The notes beneath the pieces were generated by a model. That model had not been told where the DNA came from and searched no databases. It saw only the letters and a list, made by a program, of their open reading frames with translations. From the NCBI GenBank assembly GCA_031402135.1, contig JANNSC010000135.1:1-42302 (forward strand): DNA of 42,302 nt. Direction: 5' to 3'. Source of the stretch: Gemmatimonadales bacterium. Its GTDB lineage: Bacteria > Gemmatimonadota > Gemmatimonadetes > Gemmatimonadales > GWC2-71-9. Shown piece by piece: positions 1 to 8,694 of this stretch (the first letter of the stretch is position 1; the number at the start of each line of letters is the position of its first letter). The position numbers and the translations under genes are program-made.

Positions 1-204
1 GAGCTGATCCGGGAAATGTTGGAGTGGTTCGTTGATGACGTCCTCGACGAGCTCGGCAGCCGGAAGGAAGTTGAGTATGCCTTCAAGATTCTTTCGGACG
101 GCACCAGTGCCGACCGACAACTGGCGACATTTGAACGCACCGGCGACCTGAAGGCGGTCGTGGACCATCTCATCCTTGAAACCGAGGAGGGCGTGCTTCG
201 GTGA
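1..204 (+). CDS. Carboxylate-amine ligase (YbdK/GCS2 family), C-terminal part, truncated by the window start
   Basis: Frame is open from base 1 (ELIREMLEWFVDDVLDELGS...GTSADRQL...DLKAVVDHL). GTSADRQL is typical of the YbdK/GCS2 C-terminus. GTGA overlap with the next gene. Confidence 0.8.
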   Translation, partial: ELIREMLEWFVDDVLDELGSRKEVEYAFKILSDGTSADRQLATFERTGDLKAVVDHLILETEEGVLR

Positions 205-956
205 GACGGCCACTGATCGGAATTCCGACCCAAACCCTCCAGGCTATCGATGGGATTCCGGAGGGGTTACCACATTCGTGGGTAATGAATTCTCGGTACT
301 ATCTGGCCGCGGCGGAGGTTGGGGGCGCGCCAGTGATGATTCCGCTGTTCGATGAGGACCCCGACACGCTCCGCACCGTCTACGATCGGCTCGACGGCCT
401 GCTATTGGCCGGCGGGGTGGACATGGACCCGACCACCTTTGGGGAGCCACCCCACCCCCGCCTGGGCCGGACCGATCATGCTCGAGACGCCGTGGAGCTC
501 CGACTGGCGCGATGGGCGATTGCAGACCAGAAACCGATTCTGGGACTTTGTCGAGGGCACCAGGTCCTCAACGTGGCGCTGGGCGGCACCCTCTATCAGG
601 ACATCGCGGCACAGGTGCCGACGGCACTCAAACACGACTACTTTCCAAATACCGGCTTTGCGAGAGACTATCTGGCGCACCAGGTCTCCTTGACGCCCGG
701 CTCCCGCCTCCACGCCGCCTTCCAGGCGCCCAACATTCCGGTGAACAGCATGCACCATCAGGCCGTCAAGAGTCTGGCGCCCTCGCTGGTTGCTTCCGGA
801 CATTCTCCCGACGGCCTCGTTGAGGCAATCGAATCGGGCACCGATCACTTTCTGGTCGGAGTTCAGTGGCATCCCGAGATGTTCGAGCATCGGGACGAGC
901 GGACCCGACGGCTCTTTGAGGCCTTCATCGAAGCCGCGCGCCGGACTGAGTCCTGA
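201..956 (+). CDS. Gamma-glutamyl-gamma-aminobutyrate hydrolase family (peptidase C26, PuuD-like class I glutamine amidotransferase)
   Basis: RPLIGI start, LLLAGGVD, nucleophile motif LGLCRGHQ, VNSMHHQAV and GVQWHPE (Cys-His-Glu triad). Confidence 0.93.
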   Translation: MRRPLIGIPTQTLQAIDGIPEGLPHSWVMNSRYYLAAAEVGGAPVMIPLFDEDPDTLRTVYDRLDGLLLAGGVDMDPTTFGEPPHPRLGRTDHARDAVELRLARWAIADQKPILGLCRGHQVLNVALGGTLYQDIAAQVPTALKHDYFPNTGFARDYLAHQVSLTPGSRLHAAFQAPNIPVNSMHHQAVKSLAPSLVASGHSPDGLVEAIESGTDHFLVGVQWHPEMFEHRDERTRRLFEAFIEAARRTES

Positions 957-960
957 CCGG

Positions 961-1591
961 GTGCTACTCCTTCTCATTATTCTCTTGGATTGTGGCCTCG
1001 GTGCCCCGGCGCTTGCCGGCCCGCAGGCGGCTACAGACTCACCGGTGCACCCGCTGAGATGGGGGGTTGAAGCGCTCCGGTTCGCTGCCGTCGGGGGATT
1101 CCTTTTGCTCACCGACCAGAAAGTCCGCGCGACCACCCAGAGACTTGAACCGCGATTCAGGAAATCCGTGGCGAACGTTGGCAATCCATTCGGCAACCCT
1201 GGTACATTTTTCCGGCGCTCCTCGTCGGGACTGCCACTGTCGTGGTGGTGGATTCGCCCGAGCTCCGCCGGGCGAGTTGGCTGGCCTTCGCGTCGAACGC
1301 GCCGACCCAGGCGTCGACCCTCGTCCTCAAGTTCTCGATCGGGCGGCGTCGGCCTGGGGCCTACCCGGACAATCGGTACCGGTTCAATCCGTCCAGTTTC
1401 AAATTCACTCCCCTTCTCAACGGCCACAGCCCACTCCGTTTGGTCTGGCAACGTCCCTGGCAATGGAAACGAAAAACGACGTGTTTGACCTGGTCCTAAA
1501 CCGGCTGGCTGCCTGCACCGCCTTTGCGCACATGCACAACGATCATCACTGGGCGGCCGTTGTCACGCTCTCGGGAACATTCATCTTTTGA
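961..1591 (+). pseudogene. Frameshifted PAP2-family phosphatase, decayed paralog of the next gene
   Basis: Three frames align in order with the intact PAP2. Frame 1: VLLLLIILL...DQKVR...VANVGNPFG. Shift near the T-run 1207-1211 to FPALLV...LVLKFSIGRRRP...FNPSSFKFTPLLNGHS. Shift near 1430 to FGLATSLA...TAFAHMHNDHHWAAVV. Catalytic PSGH and RxxxxxHxxxD motifs are degenerate. Confidence 0.8.
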
Positions 1592-1632
1592 CCACGACGA
1601 GGAGAAGCCCGATCGTTCGGGCTCCAGACCCC

Positions 1633-2364
1633 ATGCACAAGAGAAGCATCGCGTTCAGCCTCCTGGCGCTCATCGGCCTCGCTACCATGCCCCTCCACGC
1701 ACAGGAACCCAAGCTCGACTCCGCGACCATCGCGCGGGCCAACAAGCCGATCCTCCGCACCGGCGAATTTCTCGGCGTCCTCGGCGCGACAGCCATCGGA
1801 ATGGCGCTCGATCAGGCGGTTCGCAACAGAATTCGGGATCCGCATGACAAATTGGGGCGCACGCTATCCGATATCGGTAACGCTCAGGGAAGTGCCTTTG
1901 TCTACCCGACGCTGCTGGTGCTGTCGGTGGCAGGAAAGGTCATCGGGTCGAAGGGACTCTACGGTGTAAGCTCGCGTGCGCTCAAGTCGGCCCTCGTGGG
2001 TGGGGTCGGAGGCCTCGTGCTCAAGTCCGCGATCGGACGGCAACGTCCCTATTTATCCCCCAACAGCCCGTTCTCCTTTCATCCCTTCAGTTTCAAGGAC
2101 AACGCGTTCCCATCCGGGCACACGACCGTCGCCTTTGCCCTGGCGACGTCGTTCTCGCGGGAGATCAATGGCCAATGGGACGACGCAGCCTTCTTCACGC
2201 TGGCATCGCTCACCGCGTATGCCCGACTGCACGATGACAAACATTGGTTTTCAGACGTTGTGTTCGGCGCCGGAGTAGGGATCCTCTCGGCCCGGTTCGT
2301 CCACCGCCGGGAAGCCAAGCTTCTGCTGGGGCGAAACGTGATCGGAGCGAGCCTCGATTTTTGA
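1633..2364 (+). CDS. PAP2-family phosphatase with signal peptide
   Basis: KSAIGRQRP (KxxxxxxRP-like), FPSGH and ARLHDDKHWFSD motifs. Signal-like N-terminus from ATG 1633. Confidence 0.9.
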   Translation: MHKRSIAFSLLALIGLATMPLHAQEPKLDSATIARANKPILRTGEFLGVLGATAIGMALDQAVRNRIRDPHDKLGRTLSDIGNAQGSAFVYPTLLVLSVAGKVIGSKGLYGVSSRALKSALVGGVGGLVLKSAIGRQRPYLSPNSPFSFHPFSFKDNAFPSGHTTVAFALATSFSREINGQWDDAAFFTLASLTAYARLHDDKHWFSDVVFGAGVGILSARFVHRREAKLLLGRNVIGASLDF

Positions 2365-2438
2365 ACCACGAGTGCAACAAAGAGGATGTCATGGGCGATA
2401 ATTTCCAAAAATCACCCCGAAGTAATTCGCATTGCTAT

Positions 2439-2540
2439 GAATTCCCCACGAAAATCCCCGAAGTCCAATTGAAAATCTGTGAAAATTCGTGTTGCCTCGT
2501 GAAAATACCGGAAATCTCGTGAATTCCGCTCCGAAAACTC
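2439..2540. repeat. Degenerate 10-12 bp periodic GAAAAT-like array (phased A-tracts) between convergent genes
   Basis: Units start at 2439 gaattccccac, 2450 gaaaatcccc, 2460 gaagtccaatt, 2471 gaaaatctgt, 2481 gaaaattcgt, 2491 gttgcctcgt, 2501 gaaaataccg, 2511 gaaatctcgt, 2521 gaattccgctcc, 2533 gaaaactc. Confidence 0.7.
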
Positions 2541-2549
2541 CACCCGCGG

Positions 2550-3370
2550 TCATCCATCGGGTAGGTCGGGGGAATCTCGGGGGGTCTCGGAGTCCTTGGA
2601 CGGCTTGCCGAACATCCAATTGAGGTTGAGCGGCAGCCCCCGGATCTTGCGCCGCCGGTCCGTTACCTGGTAAAACCACGGATCGATCGTCTTGTTGCTC
2701 TCGAGCGTCGCATTGAGCGGGTCGATGACCCTGAGCGTCAGGCTCAACCGGTCGTTCATCTGGTTCCTCCGCGCCGCCAGGCTGACCGGGGTCTGGCTGC
2801 CGTTCCGGCCCTGTTCAACCGTCGTCGCCCCCAGGTACGACAGGATAGCCTGCATGTCGATGGCCTTCGAGACCCGGAACGAAGCCTTGGTCGGAGCGGT
2901 CCCGCCAAGGGTCCTGGCATTGAGGCCTGGTCCTGCGTTGGATGAGAGGCTCCCCTGCCGGAAGGCGCTCGCGCCTGTAAATCCAGAAAGCCGCCCGCCC
3001 GTCAAAGCGACCGTAGCATCCGCGCCGACCGCATCGGTTGTCGTGACCTTTGCAAAGGTGCGTGTGGTGACCCCGGCGCCACCGATGGTCCGGATGGTCC
3101 GGACCGCATCGCGGGTGTGACGGTAGAAGGGCGACTGCTGAACTGTCATCCTGCCGGGACTGCGCTGTAGCCCGAGCTCAAGGGCCCCGATGTACTCCGG
3201 CTTCAGGTGGGGGGTGCCGACCGGCAGGTTGAGCGGGTCCCGATAGTGCGGCGTCGGGTCGAGGACGTCGGTGTCGTCGGGGCGGCGAATCCGAGTCGAG
3301 TTGCTCAGCTTGATCTGGTGAGCGTCATCGATGTTTCAGGCCCCAATCCGCTCGGGAACACTCGGCTGGC
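2550..3370 (-). pseudogene. C-terminal remnant of a TonB-dependent receptor / outer-membrane beta-barrel
   Basis: Open minus frame from about 3336: NIDDAHQIKLSNSTRIRRPDD..LDPTPHYRDPLNLPVGTPHLKPEYIGALELG...NDRLSLTLRVIDP...LNLNWMFGK. This matches the SxRIxRP...GNPxLKPE barrel signature. An in-frame stop and frameshift lie upstream; there is no plug domain, signal peptide or start. Confidence 0.75.
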
Positions 3371-3446
3371 CTTCAATTACATTCTCATCCCGCCGGAATT
3401 AGTGCAGAGCTCCGTCCACCGGGCACGGATCAGCGCTACATGTCGT

Positions 3447-3466
3447 TGTCAATCAACAACTTGACA
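3447..3466. promoter_or_regulatory. Inverted repeat TGTCAA-N8-TTGACA upstream of wecB (perfect -35 hexamer, possible operator)
   Basis: tgtcaa at 3447-3452 and ttgaca at 3461-3466, 40 bp before the wecB ATG. Only a weak -10 match is present. Confidence 0.35.
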
Positions 3467-3506
3467 CGTGTTGCCTATCGGCCCCGTATTTGCGCTTGTG
3501 GACTCC

Positions 3507-4694
3507 ATGCCCTCTCCGAAAGACCGCAAACACCGCATTGCCGTCGTGCTGGGCACTCGTCCGGAAGCTATCAAAATGGCGCCGGTGATTGAGGAGCTAC
3601 GCCGGCGATCGGATCGCTTCGAAACGATCGTCATCACCACGTCGCAGCAGCGGGAAATGCTGGCCCAAGCCCTCCACGCCTTCCACCTCAAGCCCGATTA
3701 CGATCTCGGCCTGACCCATGAGAATCAGACTCTCGCCGGGTTTACTGCGCGCGCCCTGATCGCCCTGACCGAATCGTTTCGCGATGTGGTGAAGCCCGAC
3801 TTGTTGCTAGTTCAGGGCGACACCAGTACGGTGATTGCGGCAGCGCTGGCGGCGTTCTACAACGGGATCCCGATTGGACACATCGAGGCGGGCCTGCGCT
3901 CCGGCGATTCGCGCCGGCCATTCCCGGAGGAAGTAAACCGGCGGATGGCGAGCTGTGTCACCGATATTCACTTTGCTCCGACCACCCGGGCGCGAGACAA
4001 TCTGCTCGCCGAACGGGTTCCCGGAGAACACATTTACGTCACTGGCAATACCATCGTGGACGCACTCGCCTCGATTCGGCACGATGGGGTGTTTGATGAC
4101 AAGACCCTCAGCAATTTCGGCTGGGACACCAAGCGGGTGGTGCTCGCAACGGTCCACCGGCGCGAAAACCTCGGCCAGAATCTTCGCAACGTCTGCGCCG
4201 CTTTCCGCCGAATTGTGGAACTCCACCCCCACGTCGAGATCTTGATTCCGGTGCATTTGAATCCCCACGTCAGGGAAATCCTGCACGGGGAGCTCCGCGA
4301 CGTCCGGGGCATCAGCATGATCGAACCGCTCGAATACCCCGACTTGATCGAGGTGATGCGGCGCAGCACCCTGGTGCTGACCGACTCCGGGGGCATCCAG
4401 GAAGAGGCGCCCGCCATGCACAAGCCGGTCCTCATCCTGCGCACCGTCACCGAGCGTCCCGAGGTCATCGAATCTGGCTTCGGCCGGCTGGTTGGCACCG
4501 ACCGGGATCTGATCGTCGGAGAGGCCTCCCGCCTGCTCACCGATCCGATTGCCTACCGGACGATGACCGAGGGCAAGAACCCCTTCGGTGACGGCACCGC
4601 CGCGCGACAGATCGCCGACATCCTCACCGAACGGTTCCGCATCGGACGACTCTTTGCCGCCCAGATGGTGGACACCACAGTGCCGCAACACTAA
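3507..4694 (+). CDS. wecB: UDP-N-acetylglucosamine 2-epimerase (non-hydrolysing)
   Basis: GTRPEAIKMAP, VQGDT, GHIEAGLRS, PFPEEVNR, TGNTIVDAL, TVHRREN, TDSGGIQEEAP, TERPE and NPFGDG motifs. ATG 3507 chosen as start. Confidence 0.97.
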   Translation: MPSPKDRKHRIAVVLGTRPEAIKMAPVIEELRRRSDRFETIVITTSQQREMLAQALHAFHLKPDYDLGLTHENQTLAGFTARALIALTESFRDVVKPDLLLVQGDTSTVIAAALAAFYNGIPIGHIEAGLRSGDSRRPFPEEVNRRMASCVTDIHFAPTTRARDNLLAERVPGEHIYVTGNTIVDALASIRHDGVFDDKTLSNFGWDTKRVVLATVHRRENLGQNLRNVCAAFRRIVELHPHVEILIPVHLNPHVREILHGELRDVRGISMIEPLEYPDLIEVMRRSTLVLTDSGGIQEEAPAMHKPVLILRTVTERPEVIESGFGRLVGTDRDLIVGEASRLLTDPIAYRTMTEGKNPFGDGTAARQIADILTERFRIGRLFAAQMVDTTVPQH

Positions 4695-5506
4695 TGATTG
4701 CCATGGAAAGACCCCGGGCCGTTGCCGCCCTCTTGTTCGCCGGCCTGGCCGCAGCGTACCCTGGCACTTCGGCTTCGGCCCAGGCGCCGGGCCGCGTTGC
4801 TGGTTCCAGCTCCATCGAGGTGGGCGCATTCTACCAGCCGGTCACCGAGGGCTTCGGCGATTGGAAAGGCGCCTACGCCCGGGCGGTGGTCACCAGCCTG
4901 AAGAACGCGTGGTACCTGGAGGCCAAGACTCAGGAGGCTTTTCGCGATCGCGGCAGCTATGGGTCCGTCTCGAACGTGCATACCATTTCGGATCGAGTCT
5001 ATTCCCAGTTCGGAATCGGAGGCGGCACCGGTGGGTACGTCCTTCCCGACCTTCGCGTCGATGGCGCCCTCTCGCTCAAGCTAGGCCCCACCAAGGCGGT
5101 GGTGGTCACGGTAGGCGCCACCCTGGTTGCTGCGAAGCAGGATTTCAGCGACAAGGCGGCCTTCGGTACGCTTGCCTGGTATGTCGCGCCGGGCGCCGTC
5201 GCGGAAATTGGCGCGCGATTCAACTCCAGCAATCCCGGCGGGGTGGGTTCGGGGCGTGGTACCTTCGCGCTGACTTTGGGACGGGTCGGACGGCACCTCG
5301 TCGTCCTGCGCGGGGGGGCCGGGACCGAGGGGTACCAACTCACCGGCGCTGGTGCGGCCCTCCGTCGTTTCAAGAGCCAGGAGGCAGGGGTCTCGTGGCG
5401 GCAGTGGCTCGCGCGGCGGTGGGGCTTGGTTCTCGGAGCCGAGTGGTATCACAACCCGTTCTACACTCGAGCCGGCCTGATGATCGGTGGCTTCCGTGCC
5501 TGGTAG
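4694..5506 (+). CDS. YaiO-family outer-membrane beta-barrel protein
   Basis: Signal peptide (ASA-Q), alternating amphipathic strands, YHNPFYTR near the end and terminal aromatic residue (FRAW). TAATG overlap with wecB and GT2 context. Confidence 0.8.
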   Translation: MIAMERPRAVAALLFAGLAAAYPGTSASAQAPGRVAGSSSIEVGAFYQPVTEGFGDWKGAYARAVVTSLKNAWYLEAKTQEAFRDRGSYGSVSNVHTISDRVYSQFGIGGGTGGYVLPDLRVDGALSLKLGPTKAVVVTVGATLVAAKQDFSDKAAFGTLAWYVAPGAVAEIGARFNSSNPGGVGSGRGTFALTLGRVGRHLVVLRGGAGTEGYQLTGAGAALRRFKSQEAGVSWRQWLARRWGLVLGAEWYHNPFYTRAGLMIGGFRAW

Positions 5507-6317
5507 CGTTTCGGCGCCAGAATTGGAGCGGTCGCGACGGCTCGATGCACTCCGGGTCCGTGGAGTGCGCGGCGGTGTCATTGCCCCGCACCGCTCGATG
5601 GTGGGTCTGCGGTGGACGCCCTGGCGCTTCTTGTCGACCTTGCTGCTGACCGCCGGTGGACTCGCGCTGTTCGTGATTGCGCTGCCGTGGATCGGAGACC
5701 TCTGGCAGTTCGTTTTTGCCCGTACCCGGGACAGCCTCGGTGGGCTGGGCGCTCCCCTCGGTGATCAGCAGTTGGTCTTACCGGGCGGGTTGGAAATCAT
5801 CCTCCCGGTCCTGGCGGCGATGACCCCGCAGCCGGGAATATCTACGTTGTGGGCAGCGGGACTCGTGACGGCAGTAGTCTTTGCGTTGAGTTTTGCACTC
5901 CCGGACCGGTTTATCCCGGCCAAGTACTTCCTCCGCCTCCTCGTCATTCTGCAAGCCTCGTCGCTGTTCTTCTTTGCCTTCTCCGCCGAGCCATTCCCCT
6001 ACCGCCTGCAGGACCACGTCTTCCTGCTGCTCACCGCGGGACTCGTGGTGATGGGGTTGGTGCCGCTGGTGCTCGGACTGACGCTTCATGTTTTCGATAT
6101 CGCACTCTGGAAAAAACTCCTGTTGACTGTTGCGCTCATGGCCCACCTTGCGGTGTTCCTGCCGCTCAACGCAATGGTCCACATCTGGCTGGTGCTGCAT
6201 GGCACCGCGGTGCTCATGCCGGTGCTTTTTCTGGTCTTCGGGCTGCTCATGGACGTGATGATCCTGGTGGCGTTTTATGGGTGGGTGCTTTCAGAGAAGG
6301 GGAAGGGTCGCTCATGA
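5496..6317 (+). CDS. Hypothetical polytopic inner-membrane protein in the glycan operon
   Basis: About 6-7 hydrophobic segments. Overlaps the upstream stop and the downstream ATG. Start uncertain (GTG 5487/5496 or ATG 5598). Confidence 0.8.
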   Translation: MPGSVSAPELERSRRLDALRVRGVRGGVIAPHRSMVGLRWTPWRFLSTLLLTAGGLALFVIALPWIGDLWQFVFARTRDSLGGLGAPLGDQQLVLPGGLEIILPVLAAMTPQPGISTLWAAGLVTAVVFALSFALPDRFIPAKYFLRLLVILQASSLFFFAFSAEPFPYRLQDHVFLLLTAGLVVMGLVPLVLGLTLHVFDIALWKKLLLTVALMAHLAVFLPLNAMVHIWLVLHGTAVLMPVLFLVFGLLMDVMILVAFYGWVLSEKGKGRS

Positions 6318-7588
6318 GACTCGCCCTCCTGGTTCCGCTCTACATCATTGTGGCGATCATGGTGATCTATACCATCCGGCACTACTTGTTTACGCTCAAT
6401 CGACTCTTCGGGCGGCACCGCCAGCCATATGTCGACATCGGGACGGCGGTGTGGCCGAAGGTGGCGGTCTTGGTGCCGTGCCACAACGAAGAGAAGGTCA
6501 TTGGGCACATGCTCGAGGCGCTTCTGTCCTGTGACTACCCCACGGAGCAATTGCAAATTATTCCGGTCAACGACCGGTCCACGGACGGCACTGCTCGCCT
6601 CGTCAACGACTTCGCCGCGCGCTTTCCAGGCCGAGTCACTCCGTTTCATCGAACCGAAGGACGGCCCGGCAAGGCTGCTGCTCTCAAGGACGCTGCCGAG
6701 AATTGTGCCTTGGAAATTCATCTGGTCTTTGATGCCGATTACCTGCCGGGCCGGGGTCTCATCAAGCAACTGGTTGCGCCGTTCTTCGATCCCGAGGTTG
6801 GCGCGGTCATGGGGCGCGTGGTTCCGCTCAACGTCAACCGCTCGCTGCTGACCCGTCTGCTCGACCTGGAGCGAACCGGCGGTTACCAGGTCGACCAGCA
6901 GGCTCGGATGAACCTCGACTTGGTCCCCCAATACGGCGGGACTGTCGGTGGGGTCCGCCGTGCCGCGCTCCTCCATGTCGGCGGATGGCGGGATGACACC
7001 CTCGCGGAAGACACTGACATCACCTTCCGCCTGGTCCTGGCAGGATGGAAGGTGGTTTATCAAAACCGCTCGGAGTGCTACGAGGAAGTGCCCGAGACAT
7101 GGCCGGTCCGGATCGCCCAGATCAAGCGCTGGGCCAAGGGTCACAACCAGTCGCTGGCGCGTTACTGGTGGCCGCTGCTCAAGAGGCCCCGTCACGTGAC
7201 CCGCCGCGCTGTCGTCGACGGAATGCTCCTGCTCGGTGTCTTTGCGGTTGGGCCGTTACTTATGCTCGGTTGGATCCTCGCGATCGTACTCTATTACCTG
7301 GGAATTCAAATTTCCGTCGGCATCCCGGCTATCCTCGCCGTGGCGATGTACAGCACCCTGGGAAATTTTGCCGCGTTCTTCGAGGTTGCGGCCGGAGCCC
7401 GACTGGATGGATCCCACGGCCGCATCCGCCTGCTCCCCTTCCTCATCACCGGATTCCTGGTCAGTATCGTCGCGGTCGCCAGCGCCACCGTTACCCAGAT
7501 TGCAACCTTCTGGCGCCCCGATCACCGCTGGGACAAAACCGAGCGCTACCGCGCCGCTGGACCCGCACTATCGAAGGGCGGCCAATAG
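6314..7588 (+). CDS. Processive family 2 glycosyltransferase (cellulose synthase/PgaC/NfrB-like)
   Basis: N-terminal TM, VPCHNEE, DRSTD, GKAAAL, FDADY (DxD), LAEDTD, QIKRW (QxxRW), then C-terminal TMs and WDKTER. ATGA overlap with the previous gene. Confidence 0.93.
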   Translation: MRLALLVPLYIIVAIMVIYTIRHYLFTLNRLFGRHRQPYVDIGTAVWPKVAVLVPCHNEEKVIGHMLEALLSCDYPTEQLQIIPVNDRSTDGTARLVNDFAARFPGRVTPFHRTEGRPGKAAALKDAAENCALEIHLVFDADYLPGRGLIKQLVAPFFDPEVGAVMGRVVPLNVNRSLLTRLLDLERTGGYQVDQQARMNLDLVPQYGGTVGGVRRAALLHVGGWRDDTLAEDTDITFRLVLAGWKVVYQNRSECYEEVPETWPVRIAQIKRWAKGHNQSLARYWWPLLKRPRHVTRRAVVDGMLLLGVFAVGPLLMLGWILAIVLYYLGIQISVGIPAILAVAMYSTLGNFAAFFEVAAGARLDGSHGRIRLLPFLITGFLVSIVAVASATVTQIATFWRPDHRWDKTERYRAAGPALSKGGQ

Positions 7589-7589
7589 C

Positions 7590-8630
7590 ATGTTGCCCTT
7601 TCTCATCCTCCTGGCGCTGACCCTCGGCTGGTTCCTGTTGCCCATGATTCCGGCAATCCGGGAACTGGCCTGGCCCACCGATGTGCAGCCGCTCCAGGTG
7701 GTAGATCGGTCGGCGGGCGAGGTGGATTTCTTTGCCCGGAGCTTTCGTCAGTACTTCGAAAGGCAGGCGGCCGCTCTCACCGCGATGTCTGGCGCGGAGC
7801 GCCCCAGCGGCGCATTCCCGGACGGAACTCGCGTGCTTGAGCTGAATTCGGCGGCGGACGCCGGCGGTGGCACCGAAGACCGGCTGGTCGTCATCGAAAA
7901 CCCGCTGGCGCTTCCAGGGGACGAAACGTTTCTGGTTGAGCTGTATGCCCGGGCAGCCTTTACCGGCGGTCCCCGAGCGGTATACCGCGCCGTGTATGCC
8001 GAGCGGGATCTTAGCCTCGGAGATGGCTCCCGGGTACTCCGCTGGGCCCACGCGGCGGGGACACTTTCCGCTGGCGCCCACAGCGTCCTGCAAGGAAGGG
8101 TTTCCTCCGATCAGGCGGTGTCACTGGGCGGCGGAGTGCTCTTCGAGCGGATAGGCGCACCGGTGATCGCGGTGGGCACCGAAAATGAACCGCCGCCGGA
8201 ACCTCCGGCGATGGCCAAGGCGTTCGTGTTGCCGGAGGGGGCCTATGCCGTGGGGGACCACTTCCGGGTGGAAGGGGATCTCATCATCCCCAGCGGCGTG
8301 CGGGTCACCACCAGTCTCGTGGTCGCGGGCAGCGTCACGATTGGGCTCGGTACCGTCGTGGAAGGCAGCATCAAGGCCTACCGAGACGTCGAGCTCGCCG
8401 ATGAGGTCCGGGTCAGCGGGAGCATTGTAGCGCGACGGCGGGTGATGACCGGCGCCGCGGCATGGATCGGTGGGCCGGTAATTGCCGAAGAGCGGGTCCG
8501 CCTCGGCCGGGGAACGGTGATCGGTGGACCGAATCTTCCAGCCACCGTGAGCGCCCCGGAAGTGGAGCTCTCCCAAGGCGCCACCGTGTACGGTCAGATC
8601 AGCGCTCCGAAGGGCGGCAGGACCTTCTAG
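7590..8630 (+). CDS. Membrane-anchored protein with bactofilin-like beta-helix repeats
   Basis: Hydrophobic N-terminus, then repeated strands VEGDLII/VAGSVTI/VEGSIKA/VSGSIVA/IGGPVIA/VYGQISA. ATG lies 1 bp after the GT2 stop. Confidence 0.8.
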   Translation: MLPFLILLALTLGWFLLPMIPAIRELAWPTDVQPLQVVDRSAGEVDFFARSFRQYFERQAAALTAMSGAERPSGAFPDGTRVLELNSAADAGGGTEDRLVVIENPLALPGDETFLVELYARAAFTGGPRAVYRAVYAERDLSLGDGSRVLRWAHAAGTLSAGAHSVLQGRVSSDQAVSLGGGVLFERIGAPVIAVGTENEPPPEPPAMAKAFVLPEGAYAVGDHFRVEGDLIIPSGVRVTTSLVVAGSVTIGLGTVVEGSIKAYRDVELADEVRVSGSIVARRRVMTGAAAWIGGPVIAEERVRLGRGTVIGGPNLPATVSAPEVELSQGATVYGQISAPKGGRTF

Positions 8631-8694
8631 CCGCGACGGAAGAGCCCTCCCCTGTTGCATCGCGCTAGCGCCTCCCAGAGCGTAACTTCAACCC

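Noticed and set aside
790-1488. 232-aa ORF as an intact gene
   Set aside because: Only its middle part is PAP2-like; the rest is out-of-frame read-through of the pseudogene and overlap with the hydrolase gene.
2400-2545. CRISPR array interpretation of the periodic AT-rich region
   Set aside because: Units are only 10-12 bp and degenerate, with no unique spacers and no cas genes.
5849-6313. N-terminal extensions in the ORF track (GT2 from 5849, beta-helix protein from 7236, permease from 31950, SDR from 26109)
   Set aside because: The extensions overlap neighbouring real genes. Downstream start codons coupled to upstream stops or at domain boundaries fit better.
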